From: Myxococcota bacterium
GTDB taxonomy: Bacteria; Myxococcota_A; SURF-8; G963663525
Direction of reading: 5' to 3'
Assembly (NCBI GenBank): GCA_963676915.2
Contig: CAXXVK010000027.1
Coordinates: 32,001 to 96,000 of the forward strand
Length of the DNA stretch: 64,000 nucleotides
Below the pieces are notes generated by a model. It was not told the DNA's origin. It made no database searches and was given only the letters and a program-made list of their open reading frames with translations. The translations under genes and the position numbers were made by a program. This document shows, one piece after another, positions 42,170-52,293 of the stretch (its first letter is position 1; each line of letters opens with the position of its first letter).

Positions 42170-42751
42170 TTAGTTTTCTTCGTTCCGAATTCGTTCGAAC
42201 CGTGAGCACTCCCAAAACAGTTTATCGGCAAGCGGACCTTCCGCCACCGCCAGAATCACTACTGAAGGACGCGCCAAGGAGCGTCCGATCGCTTCCGAGC
42301 TTGGACCCCGTACGAGCCTCGCATCACACGTTTCGGTCAAACGCTGGAAACGGGTGACCGTTCGCGGTGAGGCATCCTCGGAAAGAACCAGAAGCCCGGT
42401 CTTTCGCTCGTCGAGAAAAGCGCTTGCCTTGTCGCCCCCGGCGACCAATCGCCCGCTTTTCTTGGCGAGATAAATCAATTCCAACACGCGTTCCGTCGTT
42501 TTTTCGACCGCCAGTTTCCACCAGAAGTCGGCATCGAAACCGATACCCGGTGTTTTGAACGCCCGACGAAACAGCGCTTTTTTTTCCACGTTGTCAAAGC
42601 ATGCCCGCGATGGGTGCACATACGCACCACGTCCGGGCAGGCTCGCCGTGAAATCCAGTACCGCCCGGTTTTCGGGGTCCAGAACGAATCTGAACAACGA
42701 TTGCGCAGGCGCTTTTTCACGACAGGAGATGCAGGAGCGTTCCGGCTCCAT
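42170..42751 (-). CDS. YlxR (DUF448)-YlxQ (L7Ae) fusion protein
   Basis: PERSCISC...PGRGAYVH...C then LAKKSGRLVAG...LLVLSEDAS; between nusA and infB. Confidence 0.88.
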   Translation of the reverse strand: MEPERSCISCREKAPAQSLFRFVLDPENRAVLDFTASLPGRGAYVHPSRACFDNVEKKALFRRAFKTPGIGFDADFWWKLAVEKTTERVLELIYLAKKSGRLVAGGDKASAFLDERKTGLLVLSEDASPRTVTRFQRLTETCDARLVRGPSSEAIGRSLARPSVVILAVAEGPLADKLFWECSRFERIRNEEN

Positions 42752-42758
42752 GCTCTCG

Positions 42759-44495
42759 TTATTCCTCCGTTTTTTCATCCCCTTCGGCGTCCTCGTCCTT
42801 CTCCTCTCCGTCCGGGCTTTCCGAATCGGACAGGGGAGTACTCAAGTCGTTGAAGGCAGCATTGGCCGCCGCAAGGGCATCGCTTTCCGGTTTCGCTTCA
42901 CCATCGGGCGACGAAAGCTCGATGATGGTTTTCGCTTCATCCTCGGAAGATTCCGAAGCGGACGGTTTGACCCGCATTTTCGCCGAATGCAGAATTCCCC
43001 GCGCCCGGCGTGCACCGATTTCGAATTTTTCCGAAAAATCCTTGGGGTCCAACCCGGCTTCCACAATATCGGCCGCCGTGTAATAACCCGCTTCCTGGAG
43101 TCGATGCATCAGCTCTTCGTCCATGCTTTTCAGACGCATCAACTCGGGACGGTCGTCGCTCGAAGCCGCAGCGGGACGCGGTTTGTCCGCTTCCTTGGCA
43201 GGGGCTTCTGTTTTGGTTTCTTCTTTGGAAACGGGAGCTTTTTCGTTCTCTTCCTCCCGCTTTTCTTTCCATAACTGATCGGCCTGCTGGACCATGAGTT
43301 CCGCTTTTTCCTCGTCCAGTCCCGGAATGATCCGCAGGTCGTTGATGTCCGCCCGGCTGATGTCTTCGAGTGACAAAAATCCCAGTCGGGTGAGGGTTTC
43401 GGCCATATCCTCGTCCACGTTGTCCAGCAACTGGAAGAGGCCCCGAGCCTCTTCGGCCATTTTTTCGACCTTGGATTCGGATTGGATGTCGATACGCCAG
43501 CCCGTCAGTTGCGAAGCCAGCCGCACGTTTTGTCCGCGTTTGCCGATGGCGAGGCTCAACTGATCGTCGGGAACCGTGACTTCCATCAGCCGTTCGTCTT
43601 CATCGATGACAACCTGGCTGACCTGTGCCGGAGCCAGAGCGTTGCAAACGTAACGAACCGGATCTTGGCTGTAGGTGACGATATCGATCTTCTCGCCGCG
43701 CAACTCCTGAACGATGTTCTGAACGCGGGTACCTTTCATACCGACGCATGCGCCGATCGGGTCCACATCGGTATCGCGGCTGACGACGGCGATTTTCGAA
43801 CGGTTGCCGGGTTCGCGCGCCGCAGAGACGATCTGCACGATACCCTCAGCGATTTCAGGAACTTCCATTTCGAACAGTTTATGAATCAAACCCGTGTCGG
43901 TTCGTGACAAGACGATTTGCGGGCCTTTGGTCGATTTGTTGACATCGACGACGTAAGCAACGATTCGGTCGTGGGAACGATAGGTTTCGCGGGGAGATTG
44001 TTCTTTCGAAAGCAAAATGGCTTCGGTGCGTCCCAGATCAACGATGATGTTGCCGTGTTCCACCCGGCGAACGGTTCCGGCGATCAGGTCGTCTTTGCGA
44101 TCTTTGTACTCGTTGTAAATGTATTCCCGCTCGGCGGCACGAACACGCTGAATGATGACCTGCTTGGCTACCTGTGCGGCGATCCGGCCGAAATCGGTAT
44201 TTTCGATCTTCACGCCGATGCTGTCGCCTTCTTCCACGTCGGGATCGAGGGAGATGGCTTCGCCCAGGCTGATTTCCGTCGAAGGATCTTCGACTTCATC
44301 CACAACGGTTTTGAACTGGAACAGTTCCACTTCGCCGGTATCGTCGTTGTAATGAGCTTCGATGTCGTCTTCCGCCCCGTATTTCTTCTGGGCGGCCTTG
44401 AGCATGGCCTCTTCGAGTGTCTCGATGATGACTTCCCTCGAAATGCCTTTGTCCTTACCGACTTGATCGATCAGAAAATTTAAATTGGTCAACAT
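42759..44495 (-). CDS. nusA: Transcription elongation factor NusA with C-terminal HhH/acidic extensions
   Basis: FGRIAAQVAKQVI, EVPEI, AREPGNRSKIAV, GACVG, SLAIGKRGQNVRLA. Confidence 0.98.
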   Translation of the reverse strand: MLTNLNFLIDQVGKDKGISREVIIETLEEAMLKAAQKKYGAEDDIEAHYNDDTGEVELFQFKTVVDEVEDPSTEISLGEAISLDPDVEEGDSIGVKIENTDFGRIAAQVAKQVIIQRVRAAEREYIYNEYKDRKDDLIAGTVRRVEHGNIIVDLGRTEAILLSKEQSPRETYRSHDRIVAYVVDVNKSTKGPQIVLSRTDTGLIHKLFEMEVPEIAEGIVQIVSAAREPGNRSKIAVVSRDTDVDPIGACVGMKGTRVQNIVQELRGEKIDIVTYSQDPVRYVCNALAPAQVSQVVIDEDERLMEVTVPDDQLSLAIGKRGQNVRLASQLTGWRIDIQSESKVEKMAEEARGLFQLLDNVDEDMAETLTRLGFLSLEDISRADINDLRIIPGLDEEKAELMVQQADQLWKEKREEENEKAPVSKEETKTEAPAKEADKPRPAAASSDDRPELMRLKSMDEELMHRLQEAGYYTAADIVEAGLDPKDFSEKFEIGARRARGILHSAKMRVKPSASESSEDEAKTIIELSSPDGEAKPESDALAAANAAFNDLSTPLSDSESPDGEEKDEDAEGDEKTEE

Positions 44496-44558
44496 GCTTT
44501 ATTCTCCGCGAAGCCGATGGCCTGCCCGGCAAGCCGTTTATCGTCTCGTAGAACGGTT

Positions 44559-45083
44559 TCAGGCATCCGCTTTTTTCGAAGCGGAGCCATGACCGAAAAG
44601 TTCCTCTGTCGTAAACACCAGGTTCGCTCTTGCGATGCAATCCCACGGAATCCTTACTGTTTCATCCTCGCCGCAATCCATGACGAGGGTTCCCTTACCG
44701 TCATCGTTGGCATCGAGCAGCGTTCCTTTGAAATTGCGGCGTCCGTCAACGGGAACGTCGCATTTCAACGTGATGGTGCGCTGGACGGCTCGCTCGAAAT
44801 CTTTTTCCTTTACCAGCGGGCGGTCGATTCCGGGGGAGGAAACTTCCAGCCGATACGCACCTTTAACCGAATCTTCGACTTCTAGCAAGTTTCCCAGAAC
44901 GTGACTCAGGCGGGAGCACTCGTCCACGCCGATTCCACCCTCGGGACGATCCACGAAGATCCGTACCTGAGAAGCCTTTTTTCCTCGGACAAAATCCAGA
45001 TCCACCAGTTCGTAACCTTCAGCCTGCACCACCGGATCGAGTAGTTTCCATAGTTCGAGGACAAAGCCTTTTTTCTTCAACAT
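44559..45083 (-). CDS. rimP: Ribosome maturation factor RimP
   Basis: GYELVD, RIFVD..GGIGVDEC, YRLEVSSPGIDRPL, DGRRNFKG. Confidence 0.95.
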   Translation of the reverse strand: MLKKKGFVLELWKLLDPVVQAEGYELVDLDFVRGKKASQVRIFVDRPEGGIGVDECSRLSHVLGNLLEVEDSVKGAYRLEVSSPGIDRPLVKEKDFERAVQRTITLKCDVPVDGRRNFKGTLLDANDDGKGTLVMDCGEDETVRIPWDCIARANLVFTTEELFGHGSASKKADA

Positions 45084-45142
45084 CCGCAACGGAAACCGTC
45101 CTTCGTTTCGGGCTTGTATTCCCAGACTTTCTGAGTCTAAGC

Positions 45143-45169
45143 AAAAAAAAGTGGGCGAAACGCCCACTT
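45143..45169 (-). promoter_or_regulatory. rimP leader attenuator hairpin
   Basis: On minus strand AAGTGGGCG-TTT-CGCCCACTTTTTTTT just upstream of rimP, downstream of a TATAAT at 45202-45207. Confidence 0.8.
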
Positions 45170-45372
45170 CTTGAATAAGAAGCCCTTAAAAATGCATCGC
45201 CATTATATGGATGTAGTATGAAAAGGCAAGAAAATTAACGGTTTTTTCATAACAATTTCTAATTATCATTGGTCAATGCAACGTCCATCGCGCACCGAAA
45301 ATGAACGTATCGCATACTATCATTCAAAAAACGCACCAAACACCTTTATCGCGTTAGAAATTCCTCGCAATC

Positions 45373-45402
45373 TTGACGAGACGATATTCCTGGATTTATA
45401 GT
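45373..45402 (+). promoter_or_regulatory. Candidate sigma70 promoter of the FadL-like operon
   Basis: TTGACG-N18-TATAGT. Confidence 0.5.
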
Positions 45403-45467
45403 GCGCCCACCCGAATGAAACTTCGGGTATCGACCTGATGCAACTTTCGATCAAAGGAGTACAACCC

Positions 45468-47009
45468 GTGCGAAATCGAACAGTTTGGCGAGGCGCGTTG
45501 TGGATGATCTGGTTGGTGTTGTTGGTTCCCCTGAGCGCCCAGGCGGGAGCCTTTCGAACGTTGGGGTACGATACATCGACTCAGTCCACGGCCAACAGCA
45601 ACGTCAGTTACGGCGACAGCCTTGGCGTGCTGTATACCAACCCGGCTTTGTTGTCCCGCTTTCCGGCGAAGGCTTCCTTGGGGGTAACCTTCTGGAAACC
45701 CAACCTCAAGATCGACCTGTTCGATAAGCCCGCTTCGTCGAACGTGCCGTTATCCATCTACAACTCACGGATGGGTAACGATCCCGGACAACGGGATCTC
45801 GCCGTACCGACCATCGAGTTGTGGAAAAAGCGCAGCAATACCAAAGTGAACGATCCCTACGCTTACGTAAGTTTCGGAGCGTCGATGGAACTGTTCGAGG
45901 GGATGCGTTTCGCCAACCTGATGCTGATTCCCATCGACAGTCTGAACATCATTTCGATGAATACCTATTATTATAACGAGAACGAACAGCACTTCTCGAA
46001 CAGGCTGCACTTTCCGCTGTTCGGCGAATGGCCGAAGACCATAGACGGCCTGCTGGGTGTCTCCTACGCACCGAACGATTTGATTTCCTTTGGGATTTCG
46101 CTGAAAATCGGCATCGCCACCGTAGCCAAGATGGACATCTACATGCCGGACGCCTCGGTGCAGGATTATTCTTTGATGAACAACTCCACCGAAGCGTCAC
46201 TATCGTTGAAACCTCTGGTCGGCGTGCAGGTACAACCGGTGGACTGGATGGCCATCGGCGCGACCTGGCGGCATTGGTCGTACATGCAAGTGGACGGCGG
46301 CGGCAAAATGGGGCTGTGGCAGTTCCACGAAAGCAGCAACGATTACACGATTCCCAAGCGCGCCAATCAGAAACTGACCATCATCGTCGATTACGAACCG
46401 ATGGAATTTTCCGGCTCGTTCGGCATCAAGAAATCGGATTTCACAACCCAAGTCAACCTGACCTGGAATTTCTGGCATCTGTATATCGATCAACACAACG
46501 AAACGCCGCAGGAAGCCGCCCATTTTCCCCCGTCGGCCTATTACGAAGACCCGATGGAAGGTAAAACGGGACGTTTCAAGTTCAAAGATACGTTGTCGGT
46601 TCAGTGGAGCGGACAATATGCGTATCTCACAGGCGACAAACTGACCGCAGAAATCAAAACCGGCTTCGGCTATCATCCTTCGCCGGTTCCGGCCCAGGTG
46701 GGGCGCACCAATTACGCCGACTCCGATACCATGTGCCTCTCGCTGGGTCACAAGCTCGACTTCACCCTGTTCGATGACAAACAGTTCGGTTTCGATTACG
46801 GAATGCAGTTCTGGTACATGGTTCCCCGCACGGTCTACAAAAATCCCAGCTACGTAGTGGATGAATTCGCCGACGATACCACCACCATCGTCGGGGATCT
46901 GCCGATCTCGGAAGCGCAGGGACTCCAGACCAACAATCCAGGATTTCCGGGTTACAAAATGGGTGGCTGGATCGCTCTGGCCAGCGTCTCTTTCAGCTAC
47001 AAATTTTAA
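45468..47009 (+). CDS. FadL/OmpP1-like outer-membrane beta-barrel
   Basis: Signal peptide ending AQA; hatch motif LYTNPALL (NPA); YHPSPVPAQVGRTNYAD; C-terminal SFSYKF beta-signal. Confidence 0.8.
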   Translation: MRNRTVWRGALWMIWLVLLVPLSAQAGAFRTLGYDTSTQSTANSNVSYGDSLGVLYTNPALLSRFPAKASLGVTFWKPNLKIDLFDKPASSNVPLSIYNSRMGNDPGQRDLAVPTIELWKKRSNTKVNDPYAYVSFGASMELFEGMRFANLMLIPIDSLNIISMNTYYYNENEQHFSNRLHFPLFGEWPKTIDGLLGVSYAPNDLISFGISLKIGIATVAKMDIYMPDASVQDYSLMNNSTEASLSLKPLVGVQVQPVDWMAIGATWRHWSYMQVDGGGKMGLWQFHESSNDYTIPKRANQKLTIIVDYEPMEFSGSFGIKKSDFTTQVNLTWNFWHLYIDQHNETPQEAAHFPPSAYYEDPMEGKTGRFKFKDTLSVQWSGQYAYLTGDKLTAEIKTGFGYHPSPVPAQVGRTNYADSDTMCLSLGHKLDFTLFDDKQFGFDYGMQFWYMVPRTVYKNPSYVVDEFADDTTTIVGDLPISEAQGLQTNNPGFPGYKMGGWIALASVSFSYKF

Positions 47010-47036
47010 CGAACCATGCAAGCAGGAGAAAATCTT

Positions 47037-48614
47037 ATGAAAACGAATACTTGCGGCATGTCGATCGTTTTTCTTTTGATCGCTTTGAGTTTTGTATCGA
47101 CCGGTTGCGAAATCGAGGAAGGAATTCCTTTAAGCGAACAGGGAGATTCCGTTGGTGAGGTGCTGGGCTTTCAAAGCTGCGAAAAATCCTCGGACTGCGG
47201 CATCGGCAGTTATTGTCATCCCGACAACAACCTGTGCACGATGGAATGCACGGCCAACCGAGACTGCTATTTTTACGACGAAGACGCCCGAAAAGCCTGG
47301 CAGGATGCCCAGGCGGCGGGAATCGCGTTCGAAGACGCCGAATTGCCGGCCCTGAAATACAAATGCTCGGATTGCGGCGGTTGCATTCCTGTGGACCAGG
47401 AAGTGGATGAGCGTTGCCCGTCGAAGTCGGTATATCTGTGCGAAGAAGACGCCTACTGTCAGCAGGTGCTTGACAATGAGTGGATCTGCAACAGCGACGG
47501 ATACTGCACGCTGCCTTGCGAGAACGACGAGGATTGCGGCACCCTGGATCGTGGCCATATCTGCGGGGAAGACCCCGGCAACGATCGAAAAGCCTGCTAC
47601 AAATGGTGCTACGACCATTCTTCTTGTGCTTTTCATGGCTATGACTGGCGCTGCCAGCTTCCCGATGGTGTCGGACAAACCGAAAACTTCTTCTCTCGCG
47701 AGTCGGTCATCGGTCGCTGCACACATACCGATGACGGTGTGGACTGGGGCGAAAACCTCGATACCACGAAGGAAAACCACAAGATTGTCGGGGTTTACGG
47801 AGCGATCAACAACTCGACGTTTACCAACTGCGGCTTCCCGTTGGTCAACTGCCAGGACACCACCAACATTCACCATCTGCTGTTCCGTATCCGGCAGACG
47901 GAAGACGGTATCGAAATGGACGGCAAATATTGCTACCACGAAGCCAAGAATTTCCGGGCGGACAACACCAACGAAACCATGGATGTTCCCCGTACCGAGT
48001 TCGACGATCTCGCCTGGATGGAAGTTCCCGAAAAATATACGCTGGCGGTGGCCTACCACCACTGGAACGCCACCCCGGAATCGTTCGCCGTCGGCGATAC
48101 CTTCCGCACCGATCACTATCTCGAAATCCGTGGTGCCTTGCTGGACGATCCGGCCAACGATCCACTGCCTACTCGCGAATCCATGGACACGGCTTGGGAC
48201 CAGGACCGCGACGATCTTCCCGGCCTGACCACCGTCATGAACGGCATCCTGACCGGCGAAATCTACAACGTCAACCGGGCCGATCAGTTCGGGGATTTCG
48301 AAATCGCCCAGGTGGATGAAGACGGACGGGTGATGAAAATCAAGGGCTTGCTCACCACCGAGAACGAGTCGTTGATCCTCGGATCTTCCGATCCGACCTA
48401 CGATGTGGACATCGAACCCAACCTGTACGCCGACCCCAACCGCTCATTCATGCGTTTCATGCGATTGGACGACGACGCAACCTGCCTGGACGTGATCAAA
48501 ATGGGACGCAGTGAAGAGAATTGCGGCAGCGATTACAACCAGTTGCGCATCAGTGTCGACGACGATTCCACCTATCTGTGCCACACCCCGACGGTGGACG
48601 GACCGTCCGAATAG
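47037..48614 (+). CDS. Lipoprotein with Cys-rich N-terminal repeats and C-terminal beta domain
   Basis: Lipobox STG-C; repeated C-x4/5-C units; WDQDRDDLPG Ca-binding-like motif. Confidence 0.8.
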   Translation: MKTNTCGMSIVFLLIALSFVSTGCEIEEGIPLSEQGDSVGEVLGFQSCEKSSDCGIGSYCHPDNNLCTMECTANRDCYFYDEDARKAWQDAQAAGIAFEDAELPALKYKCSDCGGCIPVDQEVDERCPSKSVYLCEEDAYCQQVLDNEWICNSDGYCTLPCENDEDCGTLDRGHICGEDPGNDRKACYKWCYDHSSCAFHGYDWRCQLPDGVGQTENFFSRESVIGRCTHTDDGVDWGENLDTTKENHKIVGVYGAINNSTFTNCGFPLVNCQDTTNIHHLLFRIRQTEDGIEMDGKYCYHEAKNFRADNTNETMDVPRTEFDDLAWMEVPEKYTLAVAYHHWNATPESFAVGDTFRTDHYLEIRGALLDDPANDPLPTRESMDTAWDQDRDDLPGLTTVMNGILTGEIYNVNRADQFGDFEIAQVDEDGRVMKIKGLLTTENESLILGSSDPTYDVDIEPNLYADPNRSFMRFMRLDDDATCLDVIKMGRSEENCGSDYNQLRISVDDDSTYLCHTPTVDGPSE

Positions 48615-48626
48615 CGGAGATTTCGA

Positions 48627-51017
48627 ATGGATCTGCTGACGCAAATCAAGGGTCTTCACGCCGTGGGCTGGCGCAAAGTTGGCCAGGCTTTGATATTTGG
48701 AGTGAAAAAAGCTTTTTTAGACGCCAATACGTTGCGTACGCTGAACACGGCGACACATCGTTGGAGCGATCTCGGGGCTTTTCGACAGGTCGAAGAAATC
48801 CCTCGGGGATTCCGGCTGGATTTCGAAAACGCTTCGCTCGAAGCCGTGGTCTTGGGCACCGATCTGGTTCGTATGACCTGGACGCCCGGAGTTCTGCCGG
48901 TTCCCTACGCCCTTGCTCAAACGGAATGGCCTGAGGTCGAGTTCACGCGGGAATCCGACGAAACCGCCGAAATTCTCAGGACTTCCGAGCTTGTCGTGCG
49001 CATCGGGCGCGATGGCGCAATCGCTTATGAAACGCCGAACGGCACCGTGCTGCGTCGAGAATATCCGCCGCAACGTATTGGTGATGGCTGGCGGCATCGT
49101 GCGGAGTTGGCTGAAGAAGAGCACGTCTATGGACTGGGACAACGCAACCACGCTCTCAACCTGCGCGGCGGTCGCTATCTGATGTGGAACGAAGAGCCGA
49201 TGGGCGATTACGGCCCCGGTAAAGACCCGATCTACGTCTGCATTCCCACCTATCTCGGACTTCATAAGCAAGGGAATTACCTCGTCTTTTTCGAGAATTC
49301 GCACAAGGCGACCTTCGATTTCGAACGCGAAGCCACCGCAGAATTCACCGGGGGCGCTTTGCGCAGCTATTTCATTCCGGGACCGGTTCCGCGTGCCATG
49401 CAGCGTTACGGTGAGTTGACCGGCCTGGCTCCGCTGCCTCCGGCCTGGGCGCTGGGGTATCATCAGTGCCGCTGGAGCTACAAAACGGAAGACGAAGTCA
49501 ACGAACTGATGGAAGGTTTCGAAACCCATGACCTTCCGCTAAGCGTGATCCATCTGGATATCCACTACATGGACGGCTACCGCGTCTTCACCGTGGATAA
49601 CGCACGTTTTCCCGATTTGGCCCGTTTGAGTGCGACCTTGCACGAAAAAGGCGTCAAGCTGGTGACGATTCTCGACCCCGGTATCAAAAAAGATTCTTCC
49701 TACGACCTCTATCGGGAAGGTGTCGAGCAGAACCGTTTCTGTAAAATGCCGGATGGAGAAGTGATTCACGGACCGGTCTGGCCGGGATGGTGCGGATTCC
49801 CCGATTTCACGAATCAAGAGGTGCGACGCTGGTGGGGTGAACAGTATAAGAGCCTCGTGGACCAGGGTGTGGACGGCTTCTGGCACGACATGAACGAACC
49901 GGCCGTGTTCAGTGGAACCAATCGCCCGACCCTGCCGCTGGATACCCGTCACGACATGGAAGGGCGCGGCGGCGATCACCTGGAGGCGCACAACCTGTAC
50001 GGACTGCTCGAAAACCGTGCCGCCTTCGAAGCGCTCGAACGCTTGCATCCCGAAAGGCGTCCCTGGTTGCTGACCCGCTCCGGCTGGGCGGGAATCCAAC
50101 GCTATGCCTGGAACTGGACCGGCGATACGGGCTGCAACTGGTGGAGTTTGGGTCACAACCTTCGGTTGACGCTGATGCTCGGCCTTTCGGGTGTACCCTA
50201 CACCGGTTCGGACACGGGTGGTTTCAACGGCGATCCCTCGCCGGAACTGTTCGTTCGGTGGTTCGAGATGTCATCGCACATGCCGTTTTTCCGTACGCAT
50301 TCGGCCGTGTTCACCAAGCGCCGCGAACCGTGGAGCTTTGGCGAAGACGTTACCGCCATTACGAAAAAATACCTCGAAGAGCGCGTGCGCATGATGCCTT
50401 ATTGGTACACGCTGGCCTGGGAAGCGTCCCGAAAGGGCTGGCCGCTCGTACGTCCGTTATGGTGGAATCGCACCGAACACGAAGCCTTGTGGGATGTGGA
50501 TGACGAATATATGATCGGAGACGATCTTCTTGTTGCACCCGTTCTCGAAGAGGGAGCCGAGGGGCGAAAGGTGACCCTGCCCGAGGGCATCTGGATGTCT
50601 CTCGAAGACAACACCTGGCACCAAGGACCATGCCAATTGCGTGTTGCGGCCCAACTGGACCAACTGCCGCGTTTCGTGCGCGCCGGGGGAATACTGCCGT
50701 TGCACGAAGGTGAAAACCTTTGTCTCCACGCCTATTTACACCCGGATACGGCGGATTTTTCCTGTCAGGTTTACTCCGATGACGGCGACGGTAACGGACC
50801 GTCACGCCTCGACCGTTTCGAAGGGAAACGCACCGAAAACGGTTGGGAGATTCACCATGTCACCGAAGGCGATGCGCCGTTCCCATACCAAGACCTGGAA
50901 TGGGTGCTCCACGGATCTTCCGTAAAAACGATGACGGTGGACGAAACGGACATGGCGCAGGAAGACGGACGAGCCAACGTGGGTCTTTTCGAAACGCTCC
51001 GGTTGGAACTCGCGTAA
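48627..51017 (+). CDS. GH31 alpha-glucosidase (no signal peptide)
   Basis: WALGYHQCRWSY, LDIHYMDGY, nucleophile WHDMNEP, acid/base WTGD, GSDTGGF, FFRTHS. Confidence 0.95.
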   Translation: MDLLTQIKGLHAVGWRKVGQALIFGVKKAFLDANTLRTLNTATHRWSDLGAFRQVEEIPRGFRLDFENASLEAVVLGTDLVRMTWTPGVLPVPYALAQTEWPEVEFTRESDETAEILRTSELVVRIGRDGAIAYETPNGTVLRREYPPQRIGDGWRHRAELAEEEHVYGLGQRNHALNLRGGRYLMWNEEPMGDYGPGKDPIYVCIPTYLGLHKQGNYLVFFENSHKATFDFEREATAEFTGGALRSYFIPGPVPRAMQRYGELTGLAPLPPAWALGYHQCRWSYKTEDEVNELMEGFETHDLPLSVIHLDIHYMDGYRVFTVDNARFPDLARLSATLHEKGVKLVTILDPGIKKDSSYDLYREGVEQNRFCKMPDGEVIHGPVWPGWCGFPDFTNQEVRRWWGEQYKSLVDQGVDGFWHDMNEPAVFSGTNRPTLPLDTRHDMEGRGGDHLEAHNLYGLLENRAAFEALERLHPERRPWLLTRSGWAGIQRYAWNWTGDTGCNWWSLGHNLRLTLMLGLSGVPYTGSDTGGFNGDPSPELFVRWFEMSSHMPFFRTHSAVFTKRREPWSFGEDVTAITKKYLEERVRMMPYWYTLAWEASRKGWPLVRPLWWNRTEHEALWDVDDEYMIGDDLLVAPVLEEGAEGRKVTLPEGIWMSLEDNTWHQGPCQLRVAAQLDQLPRFVRAGGILPLHEGENLCLHAYLHPDTADFSCQVYSDDGDGNGPSRLDRFEGKRTENGWEIHHVTEGDAPFPYQDLEWVLHGSSVKTMTVDETDMAQEDGRANVGLFETLRLELA

Positions 51018-51044
51018 ACTGCCTTGTAAAAATCCCTTATGATT

Positions 51045-52130
51045 TCATGGAGATAAGGGCAGGCGCTCGTCGATCCATCCACCACCCAAGAGACGGTCTT
51101 TGTCGTAAAATACGGCGGCCTGGCCCGGAGTGACCGAACCAACCGGTGTGTCGAAGCGCACCTCTGCGTCTCCATCGGAACCGGGAATCACCCGACAAGG
51201 CACGGCTTTCTGACGGTAGCGAATTTGTACCATGCACGATAGCTCGCCGGATGGTGTTTCGGCCTGCCAGTTGACCTTGGACACCCGACAGCCTCCCGAC
51301 GCCAGCCGTGTGGGGTCGGTGGTGACCACCAGCCGGTTGTTCCTCGTATCGATGCATTCGATAAAGGCTCGTTGCCCCAATGCCACGCCATGTCCCCGGC
51401 GCTGTCCTACCGTATAATTATGAAGACCGCGATGCTCGCCGACGGGGGTTCCTCGGTCATCGACGATCGGCCCCGGCGGCATTTCCCCACCGAAACGTTG
51501 CCGCAAGGTTTCGGCGAACCCTTCCGTTCCCAACGCGAGACAGGTATCCTGGCTTTCTCGGGTTTCCGGGTCGGTCAACTCGGCGTTTCGCGCCCGTAAA
51601 CGAACCTCGTCTTTGGTGAAATCGCCGATGGGAAACAGCAGATCGTGCAAACGTTCGCTGGAGAGACGAAACAGAAAGTAGGTTTGATCTTTTTTCGGAT
51701 CGTTTCCTCGGTAAATGGCCGGTTTTCCTGAAAATTTTTCGATACGGCAATGATGCCCGCTGGCGATGCGGTCCGCACCCAGTTGCTTGGCATGTTCGAA
51801 CAGCAAGCCGAATTTGATGTACTCGTTGCAGACGGCGCAGGGGTTGGGAGTGCGTCCCCGAGCATACTCTTTCCATGCCGGGAGCAGAACCAGGCGGTCG
51901 AAGGCATCGCGGAGGTCGATCACCCGATGCTCGATCGACAAACGCCGGGCAACATACCGAGCCTGTCGGATCTCGTCGGGTTCGTCCGAATCATCCGTTC
52001 CCGTTTGCAAACGCAGAGTCAGGCCGAGAACGTCGTATCCTTTTTCCACAAGACAAGCCGCCGCCACGGCAGAGTCCACACCGCCGCTGAGTCCGATCGC
52101 CACCCGTTGTCCGTTGCCACCCATTACCAC
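51045..52130 (-). CDS. mnmA: tRNA U34 2-thiouridylase
   Basis: SGGVDS, GRTPNPCAVCN, KDQTYFL, ESQDTC, YTVGQRRG, VTPGQAAVFY. Confidence 0.96.
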   Translation of the reverse strand: MVMGGNGQRVAIGLSGGVDSAVAAACLVEKGYDVLGLTLRLQTGTDDSDEPDEIRQARYVARRLSIEHRVIDLRDAFDRLVLLPAWKEYARGRTPNPCAVCNEYIKFGLLFEHAKQLGADRIASGHHCRIEKFSGKPAIYRGNDPKKDQTYFLFRLSSERLHDLLFPIGDFTKDEVRLRARNAELTDPETRESQDTCLALGTEGFAETLRQRFGGEMPPGPIVDDRGTPVGEHRGLHNYTVGQRRGHGVALGQRAFIECIDTRNNRLVVTTDPTRLASGGCRVSKVNWQAETPSGELSCMVQIRYRQKAVPCRVIPGSDGDAEVRFDTPVGSVTPGQAAVFYDKDRLLGGGWIDERLPLSP

Positions 52131-52293
52131 TCCGAAAAAAGTCGAAATCCATCAAAAACCTATAAAAACACTCCATTTCGAACTAGAGTATAGCGGTGAG
52201 CGTGAATTTTTTTGTAGGAAAAATCGCAGGTACGATGAAAATCGACCCGTCGTCGTTTCCACTAGGGTATGGTTTGATCCCAGGTTTGATTGG

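Noticed and set aside
48627-51017. GH31 as a sulfoquinovosidase
   Set aside because: Nucleophile motif is WHDMNEP (alpha-glucosidase type), not WMADFGE
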